Part shown: piece after piece, positions 48,022 through 57,522 of the stretch
Layout: each line of letters starts with the position of its first letter
Position numbering within the stretch: the first letter of the stretch is position 1
Virus record (IMG/VR): IMGVR_UViG_3300021963_000037
Coordinates: 64,001-128,000 of that record
Strand: one strand, 5' to 3'
DNA from: a virus
DNA length: 64,000 bases
Translations under genes and position numbers: made by a program
The notes under the pieces: generated by a model
The model's database searches: none
Told to the model about the DNA's origin: nothing
What the model saw: only the letters and a program-made list of their open reading frames with translations

Positions 48022-48688
48022 AGACCAAATAAAGCAAATGTTCAAAGACAATGGCGGATATGCCAAAGCTAAGAGTGTGGCGACTAATTGGTTTAAAACC
48101 TCATTAGATGCTAGAGAGGCAATGGAAGCCAAACCTACTCGAAAAAGATTTGAACCAGGAAAGATATATGTTTTTAAATATGAACATCCAATTTCTGAAG
48201 ATAGATTAAAATGGTTTGATAAAGCACCTGTTGTTCTAGCACTAGATACTAAAGACCATACCGATATTGGTATTAATTTAAATCTACTTCCTGCAAAATT
48301 TAGACAGGAAATGTTGGATGCTCTCTATATGAGAATGCAAGGCAAAATTAAAATGAATGAAAAGGGTGCTAAAGCAAATGATGCTAGAAAACAGAGACCT
48401 TTACTCGATCTTAAATATGAAAATGCAAAAAGGTTTTTAGATCGTTATGGATTTGGATTTGCAATTAGAAGATATTTGCCTAATTTAAAGAAAAATCAAG
48501 CAGTCGTTAGCTACGAAAGCTGGCCTAAAATAGCAATATGTGAATTTGCAAAGATACACGGAGCTACAGTTACTCAAATTCGGAATGAGTTTAAACAATA
48601 TAATATTGATAAAAACAATAAGCCGAAAGTGATTATGCCACCTAAGGATAACACTGGTAAGAATGACAATAAAAATCTTAATATATAA
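48008..48688 (+). CDS. gp2: DNA end protector (T4 gp2-like)
   Basis: PGKIY.F.Y, FD..P, GINL..LP...R, RRYL. Confidence 0.75.
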   Translation: MGYIKDQIKQMFKDNGGYAKAKSVATNWFKTSLDAREAMEAKPTRKRFEPGKIYVFKYEHPISEDRLKWFDKAPVVLALDTKDHTDIGINLNLLPAKFRQEMLDALYMRMQGKIKMNEKGAKANDARKQRPLLDLKYENAKRFLDRYGFGFAIRRYLPNLKKNQAVVSYESWPKIAICEFAKIHGATVTQIRNEFKQYNIDKNNKPKVIMPPKDNTGKNDNKNLNI

Positions 48689-48710
48689 AACAATAAAAAA
48701 CTAAAGCTAC

Positions 48711-50312
48711 ATGGCGGGATTTGTAAATAAAAATGGACCTTTTAGTGCCAAGAGACCTTTTAATCTAAGTGATGGATTAAAAAGGCTTTCGTCATTTGGA
48801 ATGTACTATGACGATCTAGTACTTAGACAATCTCAAGCGATTGGACCTATGGAAGATCAGTTTGGTTACGGCCAAATGAACATGATGGGTTCAGACAATG
48901 ATGATATTTATGGAGCATTTGCTGCTCTATCAATGGCTGATACAAACATGCGTAAGAACATTCCGTTCTTCGACATGAATTACAAAACAAAGAGAGAAGA
49001 GTTAAGAAGCTTCTCAATGCATGATGAGATTGAGGACATTCTTGATATTCTTTGTGATGAAGCTATTGTATACGACGAGAAAAACTTCATCGCTAATCCT
49101 GATATTATCGGTATGGAGGTTTCTGAGGAGGTTAATAGTTATCTTAATAAAGCATACAGAAACATCTATCAATATTTTGGTTTTGCAGCTGATCAATCAG
49201 CGTGGTTCTATTTCCGCAAATGGCTTGTTGATGGTTATCTATCATTTGAGATTATCTACAATCCAGAAATGACGGAAATCATCGGTTTTAAAGAAATCGA
49301 TCCAGTTACACTAGTACCTGGTTATAATAAAGAAGACGGTAAAAAAGTTTGGATCCAGTTTAAAGATGATCCAATTAAGGAGAGAAAATTATATGATTCT
49401 CAAATCATTTATATTTCTTACTCTTCTATCACAACAGCGTCTAGAATTTCTTATGTTGAACGTTTAATTAGATCGTTTAACTTAATGAGAGTTATGGAAC
49501 ACACCCGAGTTATTTGGGCTGTTACCAATGCTTCTTACAGAATGAAATTCATTATCCCTGTTGGAGGTAAATCTAAAACACGTGCTAAACAATCGTTGGC
49601 ACAATTAATGAATAACTATAAAGAAGTTGTAGATTTCGATTGGGATTCAGGTATGCTGAAAACTAATGGTAAACCAATGCTACAATTTAATAAAGAATAT
49701 TGGTTACCATCTAAAGATGGAGAACAACCAGAAATTGAAACTCTTGGTGGAGATGGTCCAGAATTATCAGATACTGAAGCATTAAAATATTTCACTGATA
49801 AATTAAAAGCAGTTTCTAAAATCCCTTACAATAGATTTATGTATGAAGATGGTGGTGGAGATTTCAATCTTGCTGCTGATGGTATGATTCGTGATGAGAT
49901 TAAATTTGCTAAATTTATTAATCGTTTAAGAAGTTCATGGCAAGAGATTCTTGTTAAGCCACTCTATATTCAAATGTGTCTTAAGTACCCTGAGTTCTCA
50001 GATGATCCTGCTTTCAAAACACAAATTTCATTAAGATATAATGAAGAGAACATGTTTGCTGAATTGAAAGAAATGGAGATAATGGAGAAACGTCTTGACT
50101 TCATCTCTAACATGAATAGTAACCTTATGATTACGAATCCAGTTACAATGGAAGAAGACCACTACTTCGATCTTGAGTTCTTAGTTGACAGATATTTAAA
50201 AATGTCTCCAGACGATAAAGAAGCTAATAAAGCTTATAAAGCAAGAGCTGAAGCTAAAAAAGCTGAAGAACCACCAGCAGATCCAATGGGAATGATGGGT
50301 GGAGGAATATAA
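48711..50312 (+). CDS. gp20: Portal protein (gp20)
   Basis: FRKWLVDG, EYWLP, EIETL.G, YF..KL....KIP..R, RDEIKFAKFI.RLR. Confidence 0.93.
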   Translation: MAGFVNKNGPFSAKRPFNLSDGLKRLSSFGMYYDDLVLRQSQAIGPMEDQFGYGQMNMMGSDNDDIYGAFAALSMADTNMRKNIPFFDMNYKTKREELRSFSMHDEIEDILDILCDEAIVYDEKNFIANPDIIGMEVSEEVNSYLNKAYRNIYQYFGFAADQSAWFYFRKWLVDGYLSFEIIYNPEMTEIIGFKEIDPVTLVPGYNKEDGKKVWIQFKDDPIKERKLYDSQIIYISYSSITTASRISYVERLIRSFNLMRVMEHTRVIWAVTNASYRMKFIIPVGGKSKTRAKQSLAQLMNNYKEVVDFDWDSGMLKTNGKPMLQFNKEYWLPSKDGEQPEIETLGGDGPELSDTEALKYFTDKLKAVSKIPYNRFMYEDGGGDFNLAADGMIRDEIKFAKFINRLRSSWQEILVKPLYIQMCLKYPEFSDDPAFKTQISLRYNEENMFAELKEMEIMEKRLDFISNMNSNLMITNPVTMEEDHYFDLEFLVDRYLKMSPDDKEANKAYKARAEAKKAEEPPADPMGMMGGGI

Positions 50313-50336
50313 TTCTAAAATAAAAAATCAATATAA

Positions 50337-50678
50337 ATGAAAACTATTAAAACATTTGAACAATTCATTTCTGAAGCTGAAGCTTTAAAAGCTGAAGATT
50401 CTAAGGTATATGTTGACGATCTGTCTTTAGATAGCGGAGAAGTTATTAAAGCTGCTGAAATTCTAGGAGCTATTGCAGCATCTGCTACTGAAAAAGAATT
50501 TGAAGATTATTTCTTTACTCAATATGGTCAAAATGCATTCAAAGACGGTGATATGTCTAAGTTGAAAGAATACTATAATGAGACTAAAGAAGAGGAAAAT
50601 AAAGAAGAAACCGAGAAAGAAGGTAAGAAAAAAGATGATGGAGCAAGCGATCCAACAGCAGACCTTGGTGAGTTATAA
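50337..50678 (+). CDS. Small acidic prohead core/internal protein (gp67/gp68 position)
   Basis: Between portal and protease; MKTIKTFEQFISE N-terminus. Confidence 0.5.
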   Translation: MKTIKTFEQFISEAEALKAEDSKVYVDDLSLDSGEVIKAAEILGAIAASATEKEFEDYFFTQYGQNAFKDGDMSKLKEYYNETKEEENKEETEKEGKKKDDGASDPTADLGEL

Positions 50679-50740
50679 TTTATTTTTTAAAAAATTCAAA
50701 AAATCAATCAGATATATAAACAAACATACTGTCAATAAAT

Positions 50741-52735
50741 ATGACTACACAAAGTAAATTACTTATTCTAGAAAGATCAGGGAACACCCTATCTTTTAAC
50801 AAGGATGAATCTGGAGCCGGATCTTATGTTCTAGAAGGATGCTTTGGTGAAATTGGTGTAAAGAACAGAAACAATCGTATTTATACGGAAGCTGAATATG
50901 TTCCACAAATTGAATCATTACAAGCAAAAATCCAGTCATCTAAACTATTAGGTGAATTAGATCACCCACAAAATTTTGACATCTCTTTAAAGAATGTTTC
51001 ACACGTTATCGAAGAACTATCTTACAATAAAGATACTAAACAGGTAATGGGAAAAATCAGATTATTAGATACAGACGCTGGTAGACAAGCAAAAGCATTA
51101 GTTGATGCTGGAGTTCCTCTACATATTTCTTCAAGAGCAGCTGGTACTGTTGAATCTAACGGTCAAGTTAAAATCAAACAATTATTTACTTATGATTTAG
51201 TTGCAGATCCTGGATTTGCTAATGCTGAATTAAAAAGAGTTAATGAGTCTTTTGGTTTTGAAGACGCTGGCGACATTCTGATTTATGAGATAAATAATCC
51301 AGAAAACAATCAAACACAAACTATAGAAGAAAACAAAATGGAACAATCAAGATTCGTATCAACTGAGGATTTCAATAAGTATTCTAAGTATTTAGCTACT
51401 GAAATCAAAGGTTTAAAAGAGTCTCTAACTGAAAAGAACAACGACACTTTTGCTAAAGAAGTTGAGAATCTTAAAGAGTACTCTAGTTACCTTGCTGAGA
51501 AAATGAATTCAGTTGTTGAATATAACAACTACTTAGCAGAAAAATTAGATGATTCAATTCAACATGGCGATCATATCGCTGAGAAATTGGATCAATCAAT
51601 TCAATACAGCGAAAAAATTGGAGAGTCAGTTAATAAAGTAAAAGAATATTCTAATTACTTAGCTGAAGCATTCAATGATGGTGCTGCAACTCATGAAAAC
51701 ATGATGAAGTATGTAACTTACTTAAAAGAAAACTTAGAGAAAGTTACTGAATACGCTGAGTATATCGCTGAATCAGTTAACAAAAACTTAATTGTTGAAG
51801 CTGATGGTGAAGAAGCTGGTCTTCCTGCTGAAAAAATCAAGAAAATGTCTGACGACAAAACTCCAGAAGTAGAATTTGACGGTAAAAAAGTAGCAACTGG
51901 CGAAGATGCTATCGAAGATACTGCTAAAGAACTTGAAAAAGATCTTAAAGATTCTAAAGCTGAAGGAGAAAACGTTGGTAAAGAAGTTACTGAAGCCGCT
52001 GACGGTTTAACCGGTACTCCAGCTACAGAACTTAAAGATGATTCTAAAGATGTTACAACTGCAGTAGTTGACGCTGATGGTAAGAAATATGCTAAAGCTG
52101 AAGACAGAGCTGAAGATGATGCTAAAGAATTAGATAAAGACTTAGAAGCTGCAAAAGCAACTAAAGGAGATAATGTTGGTAAAGAAGTAACTGAATCAGA
52201 AGATCCAATGGATGCTTATAAGAAAGAAATTTCTGAAAAATTACAAGCACTAGTTGAAAAAGCAACTGTAAAAGTAGCTACTGAACCTAACTTCTTTAAA
52301 TTTATTTCTGAATCTAAAGTAGAAGAGTTCAAAACTCTAGCTGAAGAAGATAAAACTAAAGTTATTTCAGTTGTTGAAGGAAAAGGATTCTTAACTGAAT
52401 CTCAAATCTATGCTCTATGGAACAACGCGTTGGCTGCAAAATCAACTGATGAACCAATGGTACTTAAAGCAATGCCTACAGAATACAGAGAAACTTGGAA
52501 TGGTTTATCTGAATCTAAAAAGAATCAAATCTTGGCACAGTCTAAATATCATAAATTAGAAACTGAATATCAAGTAAGAAACTTTTGGCAACAAAGAGAC
52601 CTTAGAGAGGTTACTCCAGTAATGGAAAAAATCGAAATTGTTAACGAAAGTAACAAAGTTGAAGAAAAAGCAAACACATTAGGTTATGATTTAACTGATA
52701 TGAAAGAAGCTTTTGCTAAAAAATTCAAAAAGTAA
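50741..52735 (+). CDS. gp21: Prohead protease (gp21) fused to scaffold/core (gp22-like) region
   Basis: NRNNRIY, GELDHP, SH, ISSRAAG, TYDLV..P; followed by EYS.YLAE coiled-coil repeats. Confidence 0.85.
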   Translation: MTTQSKLLILERSGNTLSFNKDESGAGSYVLEGCFGEIGVKNRNNRIYTEAEYVPQIESLQAKIQSSKLLGELDHPQNFDISLKNVSHVIEELSYNKDTKQVMGKIRLLDTDAGRQAKALVDAGVPLHISSRAAGTVESNGQVKIKQLFTYDLVADPGFANAELKRVNESFGFEDAGDILIYEINNPENNQTQTIEENKMEQSRFVSTEDFNKYSKYLATEIKGLKESLTEKNNDTFAKEVENLKEYSSYLAEKMNSVVEYNNYLAEKLDDSIQHGDHIAEKLDQSIQYSEKIGESVNKVKEYSNYLAEAFNDGAATHENMMKYVTYLKENLEKVTEYAEYIAESVNKNLIVEADGEEAGLPAEKIKKMSDDKTPEVEFDGKKVATGEDAIEDTAKELEKDLKDSKAEGENVGKEVTEAADGLTGTPATELKDDSKDVTTAVVDADGKKYAKAEDRAEDDAKELDKDLEAAKATKGDNVGKEVTESEDPMDAYKKEISEKLQALVEKATVKVATEPNFFKFISESKVEEFKTLAEEDKTKVISVVEGKGFLTESQIYALWNNALAAKSTDEPMVLKAMPTEYRETWNGLSESKKNQILAQSKYHKLETEYQVRNFWQQRDLREVTPVMEKIEIVNESNKVEEKANTLGYDLTDMKEAFAKKFKK

Positions 52736-52877
52736 ATTTTTGAAAATTTAGAAAATTCGAAAAAAGAATTGAATATATAATAAAACAATAAAACGACGAT
52801 AATTAGATAAGAAGCAAAAATCTAAAGTATGTCGAGCATTACGCTAAAAACAAAAACAAAAAAACACATTCTCAAAA

Positions 52878-54410
52878 ATGGCAAATTTAATTAATGAAGC
52901 TGAAATCAGAGAAACTTGGGCACCGATCATCGAATCTGCTACAGGAATCAACGACGCTTCTAAACTAGCTTGGATGTCAGAGTACTGCCACAATCATAAA
53001 TTGTATGAAGATGCAAACATGATGGCTTTAGGTAGCGCTGGTAACATCTTTGGTATGGGTGCTGTAACTTTACCTTCTGCATTTGGTACAAACGTAACAA
53101 ACGCACAAAAAGGTTCTGGTGACAAATCTCCTACTTTATTACCTTTAGCAATGCAAGTTGCTGCACAAACAATTGGTCTTGATTTAGTACCAGTAATCCC
53201 TATGGCTGGTCCAATGGGTCTTTTATCTTACTTAGACTTCGTTTACGAAGGCGGTAAATTAGGAGGTACAACTGCACCAACTTACGTAAAAGCAAACGGA
53301 ACTTATGCTGGTGTAGCTGATTTAGCTGCTGCTACTGCTGGTTCTCCTGCTGTTGCTGTATCTGTTGCTTACGATTTCGTTGGTAAATCTCGTATCGATG
53401 GTTATTCAATCTTTAAAGCTGCTGGAAACCCAATTGCTGCAAACGTTGCTGCTGACTTATTGTTAGCTGTAAATGCAGTTCTTTCTCCAGATGCTACTGC
53501 TACTCAACTTGATGTACAGTTAGTAAAAGCTTTAGAAGATCATATCCCAGGATTCGCTGGAGTTCAAAACTCTTCTAACATTTCTGAACCTTTCACAAGA
53601 GGAGTTGGAGAACAAACTAATGAGAAGATCATGGGTCTTTCATTGTTCTCTAAAGCTGTTGAAGCTAAGACTTTCCAAGTTGCAGCTGCAGTAACTCGTG
53701 AGCAAGTTCAAGATTTAAAACAATTCGGTGTTGATGCTGTTGCACAAGTTGAAGCTGTTTTAGTTAACGAATTAACTCAAAACATTAATGATTTAATCAT
53801 TAACAACGTTGGTTCATTAGGTACATTAAACATTACTAGAGCCGCTGCTGCTGGTGAAATCGATGCAGATACGTTGAACGTACGTTTAAATAGTACTTTA
53901 ACTGGTGGTAGAACAGAAGGTTCTGAGCACAGAAAAATCTTAACTGGAATTTTAGCAGCTGCTAACTTGATCGCTAACCGTGGTCGTCGTGGTGCTGGTA
54001 ACTTCTGTGTTGTAGGTCCACAAGTTGCTACTGTATTGCAAGCTGTTGCTGGTTTCGTACCAAATCCATTTGCTAATACTATTTCTCAAGCTGCTGGTGC
54101 TATCTACCCTGTAGGTTCTGTAGCTGGAATTCAAGTTTACACTAACCCAAAATGGGCTTGGAACTACCAAACCGTTTTAGTTGGTCGTAAAGGAGATGGT
54201 AATGGTCCTGGATTAGTTTTCATGCCTTACTTAATGGCTGAATCAGTACAAACTATCGCTGAAGGAACTATGGCTCCTAAAATCGCGGTTAAATCTAGAT
54301 TCGCTCTAGTTGAAGCTGGTTTCCACCCAGAAACTCAATACGTAACGTTTGAAATCTACAATGGTGCTTCAGGTACTACTAGATTCTCTAACTTGTTAAA
54401 CTTGGTTTAA
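52878..54410 (+). CDS. gp23: Major capsid protein (gp23)
   Basis: V.PM.GP.G, EQ.QDLK..G.DA, L..E...IN, RRGAGNF, F.PY, KSRF; strong codon bias. Confidence 0.93.
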   Translation: MANLINEAEIRETWAPIIESATGINDASKLAWMSEYCHNHKLYEDANMMALGSAGNIFGMGAVTLPSAFGTNVTNAQKGSGDKSPTLLPLAMQVAAQTIGLDLVPVIPMAGPMGLLSYLDFVYEGGKLGGTTAPTYVKANGTYAGVADLAAATAGSPAVAVSVAYDFVGKSRIDGYSIFKAAGNPIAANVAADLLLAVNAVLSPDATATQLDVQLVKALEDHIPGFAGVQNSSNISEPFTRGVGEQTNEKIMGLSLFSKAVEAKTFQVAAAVTREQVQDLKQFGVDAVAQVEAVLVNELTQNINDLIINNVGSLGTLNITRAAAAGEIDADTLNVRLNSTLTGGRTEGSEHRKILTGILAAANLIANRGRRGAGNFCVVGPQVATVLQAVAGFVPNPFANTISQAAGAIYPVGSVAGIQVYTNPKWAWNYQTVLVGRKGDGNGPGLVFMPYLMAESVQTIAEGTMAPKIAVKSRFALVEAGFHPETQYVTFEIYNGASGTTRFSNLLNLV

Positions 54411-54441
54411 TCTGTATTGAAAATCTAACTTAGATTTATAT

Positions 54442-54475
54442 AAAAGGCTCTCCAATGGAGAGCCTTTTCTTTTTT
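54442..54475 (+). terminator. Rho-independent terminator after the capsid gene
   Basis: AAAAGGCTCTCCA-A-TGGAGAGCCTTTT plus T tract. Confidence 0.85.
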
Positions 54476-54526
54476 ACCAAGAAAAGTAAATATATAAACC
54501 ATATCCAAACATAAACATAAAAGAAT

Positions 54527-55903
54527 ATGGAACAATCAAAATTTAATAGCTGGTATACCAGAGTTCTAGAGGCCGTTAAAATGCCTGAACCGACTGCCAC
54601 TACCGAAACTGAAGTTGATACAAAACCTACAGGATCTGCTGGTCCAGAAACAGGTTCATCGGCTCCATCTTTTTCAAGAGAAGAAATCATTAATGATATT
54701 GATACTATCATGACTCATCTCTCTCAATTAGGTACTCAAGTTAAAGAAGAACTTGAAACCATTGACGCATTAGAACTTAATGAAGCTGGTTCAGAAACAG
54801 CAATGGACAAAGTTAAAGATTTCTTATTTGCTCCAAAATATCGTTCAATGCAGAAGAAAGTAAATAAAATGAAGATGAACGCATTAGATATGCAAATCAC
54901 AGTTGATAATCTTTCTGGTTCTGCTAATGCTGATAAAAAACAAGCTATTAAAGATAAAAAAGCTACAATCGACAAGCAAATTGATAGTTTACAATCTGCT
55001 GTTGATGATAAAGCTAAAGATAGAGGATCTTACGTACAAAAGGTTTTAAAATCTGAAAAGATTAAAGGACAAATGGAACTAGTTAAGCGTGCTTCTGGTA
55101 TGGAAGACGATCCAAAGAAAAAGAAAGATTTAGCAGATTCTATGGGCGAATTACAGAAAAGATTTGCTGAAGAACAAGAAGCTGTTAAACAATTAAAGGC
55201 TGATGCTGAAGACGCAAATGCTGATGCAAAAGACGGTAAAGGTGGTGATGATGAAAAACTTCAAAAACAAATTCGTACATTAAGAGACCAAAGAAAGGAT
55301 CTTAGAGAAGATGCTGATGTTATTGCCAAAAGTGAAGATCCTAAAGAAGCTATTAAGAAATGGGATCTTTGGATTAAAGCTGAGCAAATATCTTTAAAAA
55401 TTGCTGAATTAGAAGAAGATTCTCAAGATAAAGCAGACGCTGAAGAAGATATTAAAAACTATACACAGAAGAAAGAAGAAGCTCTTAAAGCTTTAGAACC
55501 AAAAGAAGAGCCTACTGAAGAGGAACCAAAAGAGGAACCTAAGGAAGAGCCAAAAGAAGAGCCTAAGGAAGAACCTAAGGAAGAGCCGAAAGAAGAACCA
55601 AAAGAGGAACCTAAGGAAGAGCCTAAAAAAGGAGAACCAGAAGATAAAAATTCTAAAGACGGAATGATCGCAAGATATAAAGAACTCTTAAAGAAAGCTG
55701 AAGAATCTGGTGATGAAGAGAAAATCAAGAAAATCAAAGATAAAATTGCCGCAATTTCTGCAAAAGAATCTTGGCAGTTAGAAGGTACCGAATTAGGTAG
55801 AATATTAGAAGCTGAATTAAGATTATTAGAATCTCAAACTAAATTAAACGAAAATAAATTTAGTATGTCAGTTGCTGATAGAATGAGAGTTCTATTAGGT
55901 TAA
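54527..55903 (+). CDS. Charged coiled-coil late protein with EEPK tandem repeat (probable internal head protein)
   Basis: Late promoter at 54489; VLE-A, LNE-A and LNE-N sites; EEPK x9. Confidence 0.55.
   Translation: MEQSKFNSWYTRVLEAVKMPEPTATTETEVDTKPTGSAGPETGSSAPSFSREEIINDIDTIMTHLSQLGTQVKEELETIDALELNEAGSETAMDKVKDFLFAPKYRSMQKKVNKMKMNALDMQITVDNLSGSANADKKQAIKDKKATIDKQIDSLQSAVDDKAKDRGSYVQKVLKSEKIKGQMELVKRASGMEDDPKKKKDLADSMGELQKRFAEEQEAVKQLKADAEDANADAKDGKGGDDEKLQKQIRTLRDQRKDLREDADVIAKSEDPKEAIKKWDLWIKAEQISLKIAELEEDSQDKADAEEDIKNYTQKKEEALKALEPKEEPTEEEPKEEPKEEPKEEPKEEPKEEPKEEPKEEPKEEPKKGEPEDKNSKDGMIARYKELLKKAEESGDEEKIKKIKDKIAAISAKESWQLEGTELGRILEAELRLLESQTKLNENKFSMSVADRMRVLLG
55496..55627 (+). repeat. 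12 bp coding tandem repeat (EEPK)n
   Basis: GARGARCCNAAR units with synonymous variation. Confidence 0.9.
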
Positions 55904-56409
55904 TTAACTTTAGAATTCTTTTTAGCCAATTTTAAAAGCTCTTGTTGTTCATTCAACAGGAGCTTTTTCACATATTTACGGAATTCTACTGAGGATTTAA
56001 GAATTCGGCTATCAACCATTGGAGCCTTTAAAATATCATGGTATTCTGGATGGATAAAGTTTTCTATACTAAAGTCATCTGTTCTGCAAGTGATTGGCTT
56101 ACCACTGACGGCACAAACCCAAGGGATTGAGTTGTAATTGTCTAAGAGTTCTGATTTCTCTACGATTGATCCCGTTGACCAGTCGTAATACATACGATCT
56201 TTATACTTGAATGGTTGTACCGAGTAGTTTGTAAGTTCTAATAAGATTTGTACAAATTGGTCGTCTTTGGCTCTATCCTTGATAATCGGATGATCCGCTA
56301 AGAATCTTCTCTGTAGCCTCGATAGGTACTTTAATATGATACCATACTTATTAGATGGAAAGGGTCCACCTGTTCGAACAATCTTTGGAAATCTAACTCT
56401 AAACGCCAT
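55900..56409 (-). CDS. Hypothetical protein, the only convincing minus-strand gene
   Basis: 169 aa ORF filling a gap with no long + strand ORF; stop overlaps the stop of the convergent gene. Confidence 0.65.
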   Translation of the reverse strand: MAFRVRFPKIVRTGGPFPSNKYGIILKYLSRLQRRFLADHPIIKDRAKDDQFVQILLELTNYSVQPFKYKDRMYYDWSTGSIVEKSELLDNYNSIPWVCAVSGKPITCRTDDFSIENFIHPEYHDILKAPMVDSRILKSSVEFRKYVKKLLLNEQQELLKLAKKNSKVN

Positions 56410-56426
56410 ATAGTTTATTTATTTTT

Positions 56427-56453
56427 GAAACTAAAAGAGCATTCTTGATATAA
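56427..56453 (+). promoter_or_regulatory. Middle-type promoter GAAAC-N17-TATAA upstream of gp44
   Basis: Exact motif and spacing. Confidence 0.65.
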
Positions 56454-56484
56454 ATTAAACTAAAAGTGTATAAAAAAATAATTT

Positions 56485-57435
56485 ATGGTTCACTCTCTTT
56501 TTACAGAAAAATATCGTCCGAAGAATCTATCGGAATTAATCTTACCAGATCGTGTAATGTCCAAATTTGAAAATGGAATTACACAGAACATGTTATTAGC
56601 TGGAAGTCCAGGAACTGGTAAAACATCAACAGCAAAGGCAATTGTTAATCAATTTGGTTTGCCGTACATTTATATTAATGCATCAACTGATACTTCAGTA
56701 GAAGTTATTCGTACCAGAATTACCGATTTTTGTTCAACTATGTCAATCTTAGATGACCAAGGTAAATTCAAAGTAGTTATCTTAGATGAGGTTGATGGAG
56801 TATCTGACCAGTTCTTTAAAGCATTACGTGCAACCATGGAACAATTTGCAAGTAACTCTCGTTTTATTGCAACTTGTAATTATGTTAATAAAATTCCAGA
56901 TCCAATTCTTTCTCGTTTTGAAGTTATCAATTTTGACTTTGATAAAGCTGAAGAGACTGAGTTAACTAAGAAATATATTAAGAGAGTTTACGAAATCTGT
57001 GGTAAAGAAGAGATGACCATTGAAAAACCAGCCCTGGTTGAATTTGTTAAACGTAACTTCCCAGATTTAAGAAGCACACTTAATAAGTTACAAGGTTATA
57101 AAACACAAGGAACAGGAAATATCACAATTGATGATGTTAAGAAATTTAACTCAGTTTATAAAGATGCATTTGAATTAATCTTTAATGAAACTGATCCTGC
57201 AAAGAACTATAAGATTTTGGTTAGTGACTATTCAAATAGAGTTGATGATATTCTACAATCTCTAGGAAATGACTTTATTGAATATGTACAAGCTGAAAAG
57301 CCGAATAGTATTAAGCATATTCCTCAAATTGCAATCTGTGTTGCCAAACATCAAGCTCAAAGAGTTAATGTTATCGACCCAATCATTACAATGTTGAGTT
57401 GCTTTTATGAATTACAAACGATTGTAAGATCGTAA
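56485..57435 (+). CDS. gp44: Clamp loader large subunit (gp44, RFC-like AAA+)
   Basis: EKYRP, GSPGTGKT, ILDEVD, SRF, FPDLR. Confidence 0.92.
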   Translation: MVHSLFTEKYRPKNLSELILPDRVMSKFENGITQNMLLAGSPGTGKTSTAKAIVNQFGLPYIYINASTDTSVEVIRTRITDFCSTMSILDDQGKFKVVILDEVDGVSDQFFKALRATMEQFASNSRFIATCNYVNKIPDPILSRFEVINFDFDKAEETELTKKYIKRVYEICGKEEMTIEKPALVEFVKRNFPDLRSTLNKLQGYKTQGTGNITIDDVKKFNSVYKDAFELIFNETDPAKNYKILVSDYSNRVDDILQSLGNDFIEYVQAEKPNSIKHIPQIAICVAKHQAQRVNVIDPIITMLSCFYELQTIVRS

Positions 57436-57451
57436 AATAATTTAAAAATAA

Positions 57452-57498
57452 TTCACTAAACAGTTTTTTATGTCAAGAAAATTGTTTATATTTACATA
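57452..57498 (+). promoter_or_regulatory. Putative early promoter, copy 2 of the 47 bp element
   Basis: 43/47 identity with 25464-25510. Confidence 0.65.
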
Positions 57499-57522
57499 AG
57501 AAACAAATTAAAGATACAATAT

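Noticed and set aside
55496-55627. Possible CRISPR array or non-coding repeat
   Set aside because: In-frame 12 bp coding repeat with synonymous variation and no spacers
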